From: an uncultured Hyphomicrobiales bacterium
GTDB taxonomy: Bacteria; Bacteroidota; Ignavibacteria; Kapaibacteriales; UBA7675
Reading direction: 5' to 3'
DNA: 64,000 nucleotides
Assembly (NCBI GenBank): GCA_964445695.1
Contig: CAYULF010000007.1
Span: 23,638-87,637 of the forward strand
Below, one piece after another: positions 28,872-37,914 of this stretch. Numbering within the stretch: position 1 is the stretch's first letter; each line of letters opens with the position of its first letter. The notes below the pieces were generated by a model. It was not told where the DNA came from. It saw only the letters and a list, made by a program, of their open reading frames with translations, and did not search any database. A program made the position numbers and the translations under genes.

Positions 28872-28909
28872 GCCTTGCAGACTCCGGTTTGCAGGGCTTT
28901 TTTTATTTG
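28872..28909 (+). terminator. Rho-independent terminator immediately after tRNA-Leu
   Basis: 9-bp stem GCCUUGCAG/UUGCAGGGC (two G-U pairs), 8-nt loop, followed by UUUUUUUAUUU. Confidence 0.7.
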
Positions 28910-29812
28910 GGACACCTCGCTTGCCAACCCGATTGGTACTCACCGGACTTCACACTTCACTTGATTGCAGCGCCGCGTGCGGCTCGCTTGTTGAGCGCTT
29001 CGCCTGCGGACAGGCTTGCTTGTTGCTTGTTAGTTGTTGCATTCGAGATTGACAGTGTTCCTGATTGTATCCGCGTGTCCAAGCAAATGTGAATATTCCC
29101 TTTCACGATTGAATATCCAATTGCAATTGCAAGGTTCAAATTCCGGCGTTGGATCAACAACATCTTCGTGAGCCGATGATCACCACTGTGTAACTCATCC
29201 TTGTTAACTCACCCACGGGCAATACGCTCGCTATGTTTTACTGCGAACTTGTCCCTGAGGTTATCGAGTGTCTGATTTGAGCGCTGGATACATACAAGCT
29301 GACATCCCCCCTCCAATTCAGCAAACCAGATGCAACGTTATTCACAACCTGCAACAGCTGCTCAGTGTTAATACCGCGTCAGAAAGCCGATCAGAACGAG
29401 TTAAAAACTGACCGGTTAAATACGTGGATCATGAGAGTTGCAGCAGCCGGGTGTTGCTCATCTCGGAGTCCCGACCTTCATGAATGTTCTTACCCCTGGA
29501 CATACCAGACTGTCTTAAGTTTTAATGCGCTCAATTGATAGTTCAGCAGAGGGTTCACTCTGCCTTTCATCCGGCTTGCCCCGAAACTCCGACCTATAAA
29601 TTAAGCCTTGTTACTTGTTTAACCGAACTCGTATCGCTATCCACTGGCTGAAATCCATATCCGAATCTTACCGATAAATTACGACATGTTTTATCACACT
29701 ATACACCATTGACCAAGCACTTGAATCGCACCATTTCCACCTGCCTCAATTTGATGATTTTTTGTAGCTTGTTATTCCACTTCTTCTTTTACCAACCAAT
29801 CTGTTGAGAACT

Positions 29813-31654
29813 ATGATCAACTTTCAAGATCCTGAAGAATCAGGACAAAACTCATCGCCAGAATCCGGATCCGGAACACTTACCAGGTACAATGTCAAGA
29901 CATGGAATACCGAGGCGGCAGACTTCCGGTTTCCGGAAGTAGCCGGCGATGATGCCTATTTCGACGCGGATTCCAAACGTCCCGAGCGCGGCATCTGTTT
30001 TTCGGGCGGCGGCACCGTGAGCATCGCCTTGATTGCAGGTTACCTGAATGCCCTCGAAGAACTTGGCTTGATTCCGGAAATCGGATACATCTCCGGCGTA
30101 TCCGGCGGCACCTGGGGCACGGCGGCGTATATGTACAATCCGCAAAATGATCCAAACAGTTTGCTGGGTAGTCACTATGCGAACCCCGCAGAGATTCCCG
30201 CATCTGTCTTGGAAACCACGGCCGATGGAACGTTGGCGCATGCGACCTGCAATTGCCCGATTGTTACCGAGATACTGGCCTATGAAAGTCTCCATTTAAA
30301 CAAAACATGGTTCCTCTCGGTCCCTCAACGTCAGATCTACACAATGGCAATCGGCGCGATGTTCCTGCGGCCATTTGGAGTAGATTCGCCGGTATTTGAC
30401 GCCGACAATCCGCAAATAAAATGGCGAAAGTTCTTTACTACCACAGAGCAGCAGGCAAAGAAAATCGCCGGGCGCAACAAAATGGGAGTCGAGGCTTTCA
30501 TGACGATGAATACCGACCGACCGTATTACATCATGAATACAACGCTGCTGGCAAAACCACAAAAGAAAGGTTCGCTCACGAATGTTTATCCATTCGAGTT
30601 CACGCCGCTCTATGCCGGCCGTATCTCCGCCGAGTTAACGGATGTGGTCGAAAGCGGCCAAAAGATCGGCGGCGCTTTTGTGGAACCTTTTGGTTTTAAC
30701 TCCGAAGCAGATAGCAACACCGATAGTGAGGGATTTGTTAACGCCTCTAATTTGTATCGCTTTGAACTGCAGCAACCGGTCGGAACCAGTGGATCTGCAC
30801 TGGGCAAAGAGGCCCAGTCGGGTAGTGCTCGCATACTCGACGTCTTTTTTCCGCACTTCAACTATTGGAATCCGACGGATTCCAGGCTCGATTCCAAAGG
30901 CAATCTGGTGACAAAAGGCTATGACTTCGGTGATGGCGGCATTATCGAAAATTCCGGAGTAACTCCGCTGCTTGCACGACAGGTTAAGTACATTGCCGTT
31001 TTCCTGAGTGAAATGTCTTTTTATCCTCCCATTAACGGCGGCGACTTCCATATCGATACATCAGAATTCGGATGGAAACAGAAGGTTTTCGGCTACAATC
31101 AGATTGCCCTTCTCTTCGGCGGACAACTGATCGATGCCGATGCAATGGATCCAAAGAACCAGGATCACGGAGATACGGAAAACTTTGTCAATGTCATTTG
31201 GATGAAGGACACAGTCAATCGTCAGGTCTTCGACAATACGATTCAAAACAGCGACGAACTCGGCGAATCGACGGCGACCACGATGCTTGACGAAGTGATT
31301 GCCCGGCTTAAACAAGTCGACGACGGACCGACAAGCGTCGACCTGATTCTGGATGTAATCGACAATCCCCTCTTTGGCATCAAGGCCTATTCCAATGTCC
31401 AGATAAAACTGACGATTATCGGTTCTTCGACAAACTGGACCGACAATCTGACCGGAGATGTCAAAACGGCGTTTGACAATAGTACACATGGTCTTGGCGG
31501 CTTTCCGAACGTTCAGGTATTTCACCAGAACAAGGGAAAACTGATTGAGCTGAATGCAGCCCAGGCCAATCTGCTTGGCAATCTGGCGTACTGGAATGTC
31601 AAGCAACAAGCAGAGGTCTATCAGAATCTGCTTACAGGCAATCCATTCAAATAG
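29813..31654 (+). CDS. Patatin-like phospholipase family protein (about 613 aa). ORF opens at 29804; Met 29813 used.
   Basis: Oxyanion-hole motif FSGGGTVSIA, GxSxG nucleophile motif GVSGG, catalytic Asp motif FGDGGII (DGG). Large C-terminal extension of unknown function. Lower GC than flanks. Confidence 0.8.
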   Translation: MINFQDPEESGQNSSPESGSGTLTRYNVKTWNTEAADFRFPEVAGDDAYFDADSKRPERGICFSGGGTVSIALIAGYLNALEELGLIPEIGYISGVSGGTWGTAAYMYNPQNDPNSLLGSHYANPAEIPASVLETTADGTLAHATCNCPIVTEILAYESLHLNKTWFLSVPQRQIYTMAIGAMFLRPFGVDSPVFDADNPQIKWRKFFTTTEQQAKKIAGRNKMGVEAFMTMNTDRPYYIMNTTLLAKPQKKGSLTNVYPFEFTPLYAGRISAELTDVVESGQKIGGAFVEPFGFNSEADSNTDSEGFVNASNLYRFELQQPVGTSGSALGKEAQSGSARILDVFFPHFNYWNPTDSRLDSKGNLVTKGYDFGDGGIIENSGVTPLLARQVKYIAVFLSEMSFYPPINGGDFHIDTSEFGWKQKVFGYNQIALLFGGQLIDADAMDPKNQDHGDTENFVNVIWMKDTVNRQVFDNTIQNSDELGESTATTMLDEVIARLKQVDDGPTSVDLILDVIDNPLFGIKAYSNVQIKLTIIGSSTNWTDNLTGDVKTAFDNSTHGLGGFPNVQVFHQNKGKLIELNAAQANLLGNLAYWNVKQQAEVYQNLLTGNPFK

Positions 31655-31868
31655 TCGTCCGCCCTAATGGTCAGTCTGTTTGCAAAGCCGTCCGGGCAAT
31701 AGTTCGGACGGCTGTTTTTGCCGAATGAGAGGGATAAACACGACATGATAACAAGTTGCAGACCAGTAAGATCACAGTATTCAGTGAACGGCGATCACGG
31801 ATAGAATTCAGGATTCATGAGACTCATCCCTGGATGATGTATTCAACCCAGAACAGGCAGTTTGTTTC

Positions 31869-32423
31869 TCACCCAAAAACTCCCGGATACCCAAATCCTG
31901 CACGCACCAATCCAATCTGCCCGCAGTGATACGCTTCATGCGTTAACAGGAAAACAAGCAGGTCCTGTAGAGTTTCAGCACCGGAGCTGCTGTGTGCTCT
32001 CTGCAGCTCTTCATCACTAAAATTATCCAGAGAATATTGCCATGCCTTGTCGACAAGCCGGAATGCTTCCATCAGTCGCTCCAGTGCCGGGTAAACTTCC
32101 GGATCTCGCGGAGGTCTGCCGCCACGGTCAAACAACATTCGTTCACTCTCCGTTAGAAATTTCTCTCGCTGCCGGTCCGAGTTCCAGCTTTCGAGCAAGT
32201 ATATTCTGGTCAGGATAATGTGACCGATCTGCCACTTGATATTGTTGACCCGATCATTGATAAACAGGCCGGCCTGTTCGTCCGTGAGGTCTGCCGTGAG
32301 TTTTTCGAGTGTCCGGCTTGAATCGTGAAAATATTTTGAGAAGATCATATGTTCGCTTCGGCAAAGATACAAGTGCGCAGTTAGTTTCTGTTGGTTAATG
32401 GCTTGTTTCATTTGTGCGAGCAA
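31869..32423 (-). CDS. DinB/YfiT-like (DinB_2 family) putative metal-dependent hydrolase; true start may be the internal Met at 32348
   Basis: C-terminal THEAYHCGQIGLVRAGFGYP and upstream WQIGHII motif, characteristic of the DinB_2 four-helix-bundle His triad. Confidence 0.7.
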   Translation of the reverse strand: MLAQMKQAINQQKLTAHLYLCRSEHMIFSKYFHDSSRTLEKLTADLTDEQAGLFINDRVNNIKWQIGHIILTRIYLLESWNSDRQREKFLTESERMLFDRGGRPPRDPEVYPALERLMEAFRLVDKAWQYSLDNFSDEELQRAHSSSGAETLQDLLVFLLTHEAYHCGQIGLVRAGFGYPGVFG

Positions 32424-32599
32424 ATTGTTAACTCAATAGCAAGATGCCGGAATCTGCGCAAACCTGTATCAATTCACAACAGCAATTCATGAAAACCATG
32501 ACGACAGTCATAGGTCCGGCCCAAAGCTCCACCTAATTTGCAGTCATAAATTAACTGGTTCAATTCTGGAACAAGAAACACACAATTCCGGATCCCCTC

Positions 32600-33598
32600 A
32601 TGCGCACAGCCGTCTACAGCACCCACAAATTCGAACGCGACTACCTGATCCGCGCCAACGACAACAAACACGATCTGCTGTTTCTTGAAACACGCCTGAC
32701 CGAATCGTCAACTGTACTGGCGCAGGGATGCGGCGCGGTTAGTTTGTTTGCCGGTGACGACGCCAATGGCGACGTTCTGGAGCAATTGCACGCCCTCGGA
32801 GTTCGATATCTGGCACTGCGCTCGGCAGGTTTTAACCACGTGGACATCGGCCGGGCGCAGGATTTGGGCATTACCGTCGCACGCGTGCCTGCCTACTCAC
32901 CTTACGCCGTGGCCGAACACACCGTGGCGCTGATGCTGGCATTAAACCGCAAGTTAATCCGCGCCCACAACCGTGTCATGGAGTTAAACTTCTCGCTCGA
33001 TGGCCTGGTGGGTTTTGATATGAACGGCAAAACAGTTGGAATTGTCGGTACGGGAAAAATAGGTGAAGTCGTCGCCAAAATCATGCACGGTTTTGGATGT
33101 CGACTGCTCGCATTTGACCTGGAGGCAAATCAACTACTGGTGGAAAATTACGGCGTACAATTCGTCGACATGCAAAAATTGTGCGCTGAGTCGGATATCA
33201 TCACGCTGCACGTCCCGCTCTCGGAGGCGACGCGTTATATTATCGGTGAAAGTGCCATTGCGCAGATGAAACCAGGCGTGATGTTAATCAATACAAGCCG
33301 CGGCGGCCTTGTGCATACCAAAGCCGTCATAAACGCACTCAAGTCGCGGCGCATCGGCTCCTTCGGCATGGACGTGTATGAAGAAGAAGAAGGCTTGTTT
33401 TTTGAGGATCACTCGGACGACATCCTGCAGGACGACACCATTGCGCGACTCATGACTTTCAAAAATGTGTTGATCACCAGCCATCAGGCATTCCTGACAA
33501 ATACGGCCTTAACCAACATCGCGGATACGACTGTTTTTAATCTTGAGTGTTTTGACAAAAACATTTCAAGCGGGAATGAAATTACGTTTAAACAATAA
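32600..33598 (+). CDS. ldhA: D-lactate dehydrogenase (NAD-dependent 2-hydroxyacid dehydrogenase)
   Basis: Collinear strong similarity to E. coli LdhA by eye (MK.AVYST..., GKTVGIVGTGKIG, SRGGLV...MDVYEEE..LFFED). 332 aa. Confidence 0.9.
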   Translation: MRTAVYSTHKFERDYLIRANDNKHDLLFLETRLTESSTVLAQGCGAVSLFAGDDANGDVLEQLHALGVRYLALRSAGFNHVDIGRAQDLGITVARVPAYSPYAVAEHTVALMLALNRKLIRAHNRVMELNFSLDGLVGFDMNGKTVGIVGTGKIGEVVAKIMHGFGCRLLAFDLEANQLLVENYGVQFVDMQKLCAESDIITLHVPLSEATRYIIGESAIAQMKPGVMLINTSRGGLVHTKAVINALKSRRIGSFGMDVYEEEEGLFFEDHSDDILQDDTIARLMTFKNVLITSHQAFLTNTALTNIADTTVFNLECFDKNISSGNEITFKQ

Positions 33599-33792
33599 CA
33601 TTCCAGCGCCTCGATTCAACAACTCGCCGAATAACACCACTCCGCTCCCCATTCCTCAGGCTTGTCGGTGTTTCCGCGCAGTTTGCGGCAGGACAGCCGG
33701 AACGCAGTGCAGACAATGGATGTCGGCATTTGTAGTGACGAATTTTCGACACCTACTGCCTGTAATCACAGGCAAATAAATTTAGGCTCGAC

Positions 33793-33848
33793 AATTATTT
33801 TACTTGTCAGGCTGACATCGATACACTATATTCACCCTCGAATTTCAG
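33793..33848 (+). promoter_or_regulatory. Conserved upstream element (copy 1) about 580 bp upstream of Cys-rich paralog A
   Basis: CAATTATTTTACTTGtCaggctgacatcgatACACTATATTCACCcTCGA is shared (uppercase) with 37308..37363 upstream of paralog B. Confidence 0.4.
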
Positions 33849-34376
33849 AATCCCGCTTTGAGAACTGTTCAACGTCAATTAACAGGAGGTTGATCTACCA
33901 GCTACCACTTTACACGGATATTCACGCCGACCACCAGTAGTTCACGTCTGGGTCGAGCCCCCCTCGATTCGTGATCGCCAACTCTTGCGAGTACCATTAC
34001 AGCCATGCAGCCCGATTACAGCGCCGTTTGATCCGGTGTACTGCCACTATGTTCTATAGAACCGCGGTCAGACACAGCACGCGCCTGTTTCATCGGGAAT
34101 CACATGAAATAGCCTGCGAACCATGGTCCGGTGCACTTGTGCAACGGACGCGACAGCACTTTGTCTGAAGAACGGAAACAACAAGCCGGGAACAACTCGG
34201 CTATTGGTCCGTCCTCAGGCTGTGCCGTGGTTCGAACAACTGTGTCTCAGTACCATCATTCATGCCCGCGACGCGATGCGTCGTTAAAGCAATTCATCAT
34301 TTAACATATCAGTTTGCTGTTTAACAGCAGACCAGGGATTCTTTAATCTCTGTTTTACCAGAACTTTGGAGTCAGT

Positions 34377-37154
34377 ATGAACTTCTCAGATTTTGTTAAC
34401 AACCATTATGATATTCACAGAGCCGCACGGACTCGATTATTGTTTCCGCTGGCATTTGTCCTGATGTTAACACCACTTCTATTCGGCAACTTGTATGCAA
34501 GCGCCGACGACGGCGACTGCTGCGAAAACATCGAGTTTCGGTACGAAAACTCGGATCTGGGCGACTGCTGCTTCGACATCTACATTGCCTTCGACAATGA
34601 GTTCGATTGCAATGTCGATAAAGCGCGCATCACTATCCAGGGAGAAGCCGTAATGATGACGGTGGACAATGCCGACTGGACGCCTGAGATAAACGGCAAT
34701 GAAGTCACCTGGACCGGCGTACCCAACGCCGGTGAAGAAGTATTCCTTGGCACCCTGTGCATTGACGGCCCCACGGCTTGTTACACGGCCGTCTTTGCTT
34801 ACTGCGACGCCGACAGAATGGAGTGGATCGAATGCAAAGATGATATTAAACTCTATTGCAGCATCAGCGATGCTTCACTGTGCGGCACAAAATTCCTCGA
34901 CGCCAACTGCAACGGCATTCGCGACGAAGGCGAACCCGGCATCCCGGATTGGACTATTAAGATATACAACCAGGAGAACGGTACGCTGCTCTCAACCACG
35001 ACGGATGAAAACGGCAACTACAAGTTCTCGGCACTTGACCTGGCTCCCTGGTTTGTCTACGAAGTGCAAATGGACGGATGGGCCCAGACCGCGCCGACAG
35101 CGGGTCGCTACTTTGTTGAATTGAGCGAAGGAGAGATAATCGAAAATCTCGATTTCGGCAACATTCCGACCTGCACGGCCGAGGAGCGCACGGTTGCGAC
35201 ATACCTGGCAGGCGAAAAGGACGACTTTGCCCCAGGCGCTGACGTGCCGCCCGCATCGCTCAGTCCCGAGCTGGCCGAGTTCCTTAAAGGACGCACACTG
35301 GCCGGTTTTGACGACAGCAATAACAACCGCTTTTTTGCACACAGTTTTACCGACTTCGGTATGGACAATTGTTGCCTGGTGGCCGCTTGTTTAACAATCC
35401 ACATGAAAACGAACAGTTCGAGCCTGAGCCACAACGACGGCATCGGCTTTGTTCAGGACGGCGAGGTGATTTACTACAACAGTCTGTCCAACCTCCTCGG
35501 CGGAACCAACTGGCAGAACCAGCCTGCAACTACGCTTAAACTCGATCTGGGCGATCTGCTTGAACACCGCGGAACCAGCATCCTCCCCTCACTGCACGAC
35601 GGCACACTCGATTTCTACATTCAGGACGACACGCAGATCGACTGGGTAGAACTGCGCGTGGAACACTGCTGTGAGCCGGATTGCTGTGAATACCTGAGTC
35701 CTCGCTACGACAATGCCGGCGCCGAAGGTCCTTGCTGCTTTCAGTTTTTTGTCGACGTGGCCGACGGCTGGCCCTGCAATTACGAGCAGGTACGCATGAC
35801 CGTGCTGACCGATGAAGATGTTACAATTACATACAGCGGCGACGGCAGTCACACGTACACGATTAACGGCAAGCAGATTACCGTCGAACACACACTTGGT
35901 GAAGGTGGAAACAATCTGGGTATTTACTGTATCGACGGCACCAGCCAGAGTTTCAACATTATGTTTGAGTACTTCGACGCCGAAACTCAGACCTGGGTAA
36001 GCTGCGGCGAATATCTGGAAGTCTTCTGTTTAATCGAGAGCGGCTCGCTCTGCGGTACAAAATTCGAAGACACCGATTGTGACGGTGTGCGTGATCCGGG
36101 CGAACCCGGTATTGCCGACTGGGAGATTGTGATTGTCAACCGCACGACCGGTGAAACGATGACGACCACGACGGACGGCAACGGCGACTACAAATTCAGC
36201 GATCTGGAATATGCAACCTGGATTGTGTATGAAACACAGCAAACGGGTTGGGCGCAGACCTTCCCGGCTTCGGGTCGCTACGTCGTTGAAGTCTCTTCCA
36301 ACACGGCGGTTGAAAACCTCGACTTCGGCAATGTGCCTATCTGCGCCGATGTAATGGAAACGAGCGAACTCGCCGGTGAAATGGATGATTTCGACACTGC
36401 TACTGTCGATAATCCGCCGGCCAATCCCAGCGACGAGTTGCGCGACTTCCTGGCCGGACGTTCGCCGATCGTTGGTTTTGACAACTCAAACAACGACCGC
36501 CACTTTGCGCATACCTTTACGGATGTGTTAACCGAATTGCGTGAGGCCGGTTGCTGTATTGTCGGCGCACAACTTGACATTCGCGTTCGCACAAACAGCT
36601 CAGGGTTAAGTTGGAACGACGGCATCGTGTTTGTGCAGGACGGCGTGGCCATTTGGGGTTCGCGCATCGGGACTCTGGCAGGTGTCAACTGGGTAAGCCA
36701 GCCGGGAACGATCATTTCGATCGATCTGGGCAATCTTCCCGGCGGCAACGCCACCAGTATCCTGCCCATGCTGCTGGACGGCACGCTCGACTTCTACATT
36801 CAGGACGACACCAGCGTCGACTGGGCCGAGTTGACAGTCCAGTATTGCTGTGAAGAACCCGGCCAGACTGTTCCGGTCAAAGAAGACGGTGAAACGAGCG
36901 CGTTCCTGCTGAAACCGAATCCGGCCGCCAGTACGATCTCGCTTGATTTCAACGTCGCCGACGCGGGCGTCTGGAACTTCGATGTGGTTAACAATCGCGG
37001 CGAAGTAGTTTATTCGCATGGCGCAGTGAACTTCAGCGCCGGCGAGCAGTCGCTGAACTTCGATGTACGTTCGCTGGTTAACGGCGCGTACTTCCTGCGC
37101 ATTCGCACGGCCGACGGCAGTGTTCAGTCGCTGCCGTTCTCGGTGGTTCGATGA
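34377..37154 (+). CDS. Cysteine-rich modular secreted protein with two internal repeats (Cys-rich module + SdrD-B-like domain + CC-bounded module) and T9SS C-terminal domain; paralog A
   Basis: 925 aa. Signal peptide. Vicinal-Cys motifs DCCEN, DCCFD, DNCCLVAACL, HCCEPDCCEY, GPCCFQFF, AGCCIVGAQ, QYCCEE. Two copies of LCGTKF.D..C.G.RD.GEPGI.DW.I...N...G....TTTD.NG.YKF (SdrD B-like). KPNPAASTISL...GAYFLRI...FSVVR C-terminal tail. Confidence 0.8.
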   Translation: MNFSDFVNNHYDIHRAARTRLLFPLAFVLMLTPLLFGNLYASADDGDCCENIEFRYENSDLGDCCFDIYIAFDNEFDCNVDKARITIQGEAVMMTVDNADWTPEINGNEVTWTGVPNAGEEVFLGTLCIDGPTACYTAVFAYCDADRMEWIECKDDIKLYCSISDASLCGTKFLDANCNGIRDEGEPGIPDWTIKIYNQENGTLLSTTTDENGNYKFSALDLAPWFVYEVQMDGWAQTAPTAGRYFVELSEGEIIENLDFGNIPTCTAEERTVATYLAGEKDDFAPGADVPPASLSPELAEFLKGRTLAGFDDSNNNRFFAHSFTDFGMDNCCLVAACLTIHMKTNSSSLSHNDGIGFVQDGEVIYYNSLSNLLGGTNWQNQPATTLKLDLGDLLEHRGTSILPSLHDGTLDFYIQDDTQIDWVELRVEHCCEPDCCEYLSPRYDNAGAEGPCCFQFFVDVADGWPCNYEQVRMTVLTDEDVTITYSGDGSHTYTINGKQITVEHTLGEGGNNLGIYCIDGTSQSFNIMFEYFDAETQTWVSCGEYLEVFCLIESGSLCGTKFEDTDCDGVRDPGEPGIADWEIVIVNRTTGETMTTTTDGNGDYKFSDLEYATWIVYETQQTGWAQTFPASGRYVVEVSSNTAVENLDFGNVPICADVMETSELAGEMDDFDTATVDNPPANPSDELRDFLAGRSPIVGFDNSNNDRHFAHTFTDVLTELREAGCCIVGAQLDIRVRTNSSGLSWNDGIVFVQDGVAIWGSRIGTLAGVNWVSQPGTIISIDLGNLPGGNATSILPMLLDGTLDFYIQDDTSVDWAELTVQYCCEEPGQTVPVKEDGETSAFLLKPNPAASTISLDFNVADAGVWNFDVVNNRGEVVYSHGAVNFSAGEQSLNFDVRSLVNGAYFLRIRTADGSVQSLPFSVVR

Positions 37155-37199
37155 CGCGGTATTGAGCTGAATGCTCAATTCTGCTGGAGGTGTTAACAG

Positions 37200-37250
37200 C
37201 ATGCCCCGACCGAAGAATGATCCTTCGGATCGGGGCATGTCATTTCAGGA
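37200..37250 (+). terminator. Long imperfect hairpin (about 16 bp with one bulge) downstream of paralog A; weak U-tail
   Basis: catgccccgaccgaag-aatga-tccttcggatcggggcatg followed by tcatttc. Confidence 0.45.
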
Positions 37251-37307
37251 CCGGTCAACAAGCTGCCACCTTCCGCTATGTGCAGGCTTTTGCCGGTTTC
37301 CCGGAGA

Positions 37308-37363
37308 AATATTTACCACTGCCAATTATTTTACTTGCCGGTATGAACTCATTCCACTATATT
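37308..37363 (+). promoter_or_regulatory. Conserved upstream element (copy 2) about 600 bp upstream of Cys-rich paralog B
   Basis: See copy 1; shared blocks CAATTATTTTACTTG and CACTATATTCACC.TCGA. Confidence 0.4.
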
Positions 37364-37914
37364 CACCATCGACTTACTTGTACCCCACCTTACAATCCAT
37401 TTCAAACAGTACAATTGTATTACTGCAGGAGGACTGCTTCCCGCACAGCGGGATTCTCGGCATCTTTTTAAGCCATCCATTCGCTCACAGTACGATGTTG
37501 ATTCATCGTCTCCGGATCGCTTTACAACGCGGATTTTCTTGTAGTTGCCCCAGAGTCTGTTCTACCGGTTCTGATTGACTTGCTGCGTATCAGCATACCC
37601 CAGTTCTACCATAGTCAATCATCGCCAGACTTCATACAACAGGTTAATGTTAACGCGTCCCGGCGGCAATTCCGTCGGGTCACACCTGCCTACGCGTCAA
37701 TTTCTCGACGGCCTCACGGCGCCTCCTTTGGATGCCCGGAGCCGGCGGACGCGTTCTGCATTGAAGTTTGACACTATTGACCTGCATGTAAGCTCTACAG
37801 CCGGCGATGCACTGCATCGTTTGTTTAATCACTTTTTTACACACTGAAGCCTGCTGCCATTCAGCAGGCCGGGGATACCTCTATCCCCGAACTCAATGAC
37901 AAACAGGAGTTTGT

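Noticed and set aside
29813-31654. CBASS-type defence system built around the patatin-like protein
   Set aside because: No cGAS/DncV-like nucleotidyltransferase, E1/E2 or HORMA/TRIP13 genes adjacent. Neighbours are a DinB-like protein on the opposite strand and ldhA. The protein is roughly twice the length of CapV.
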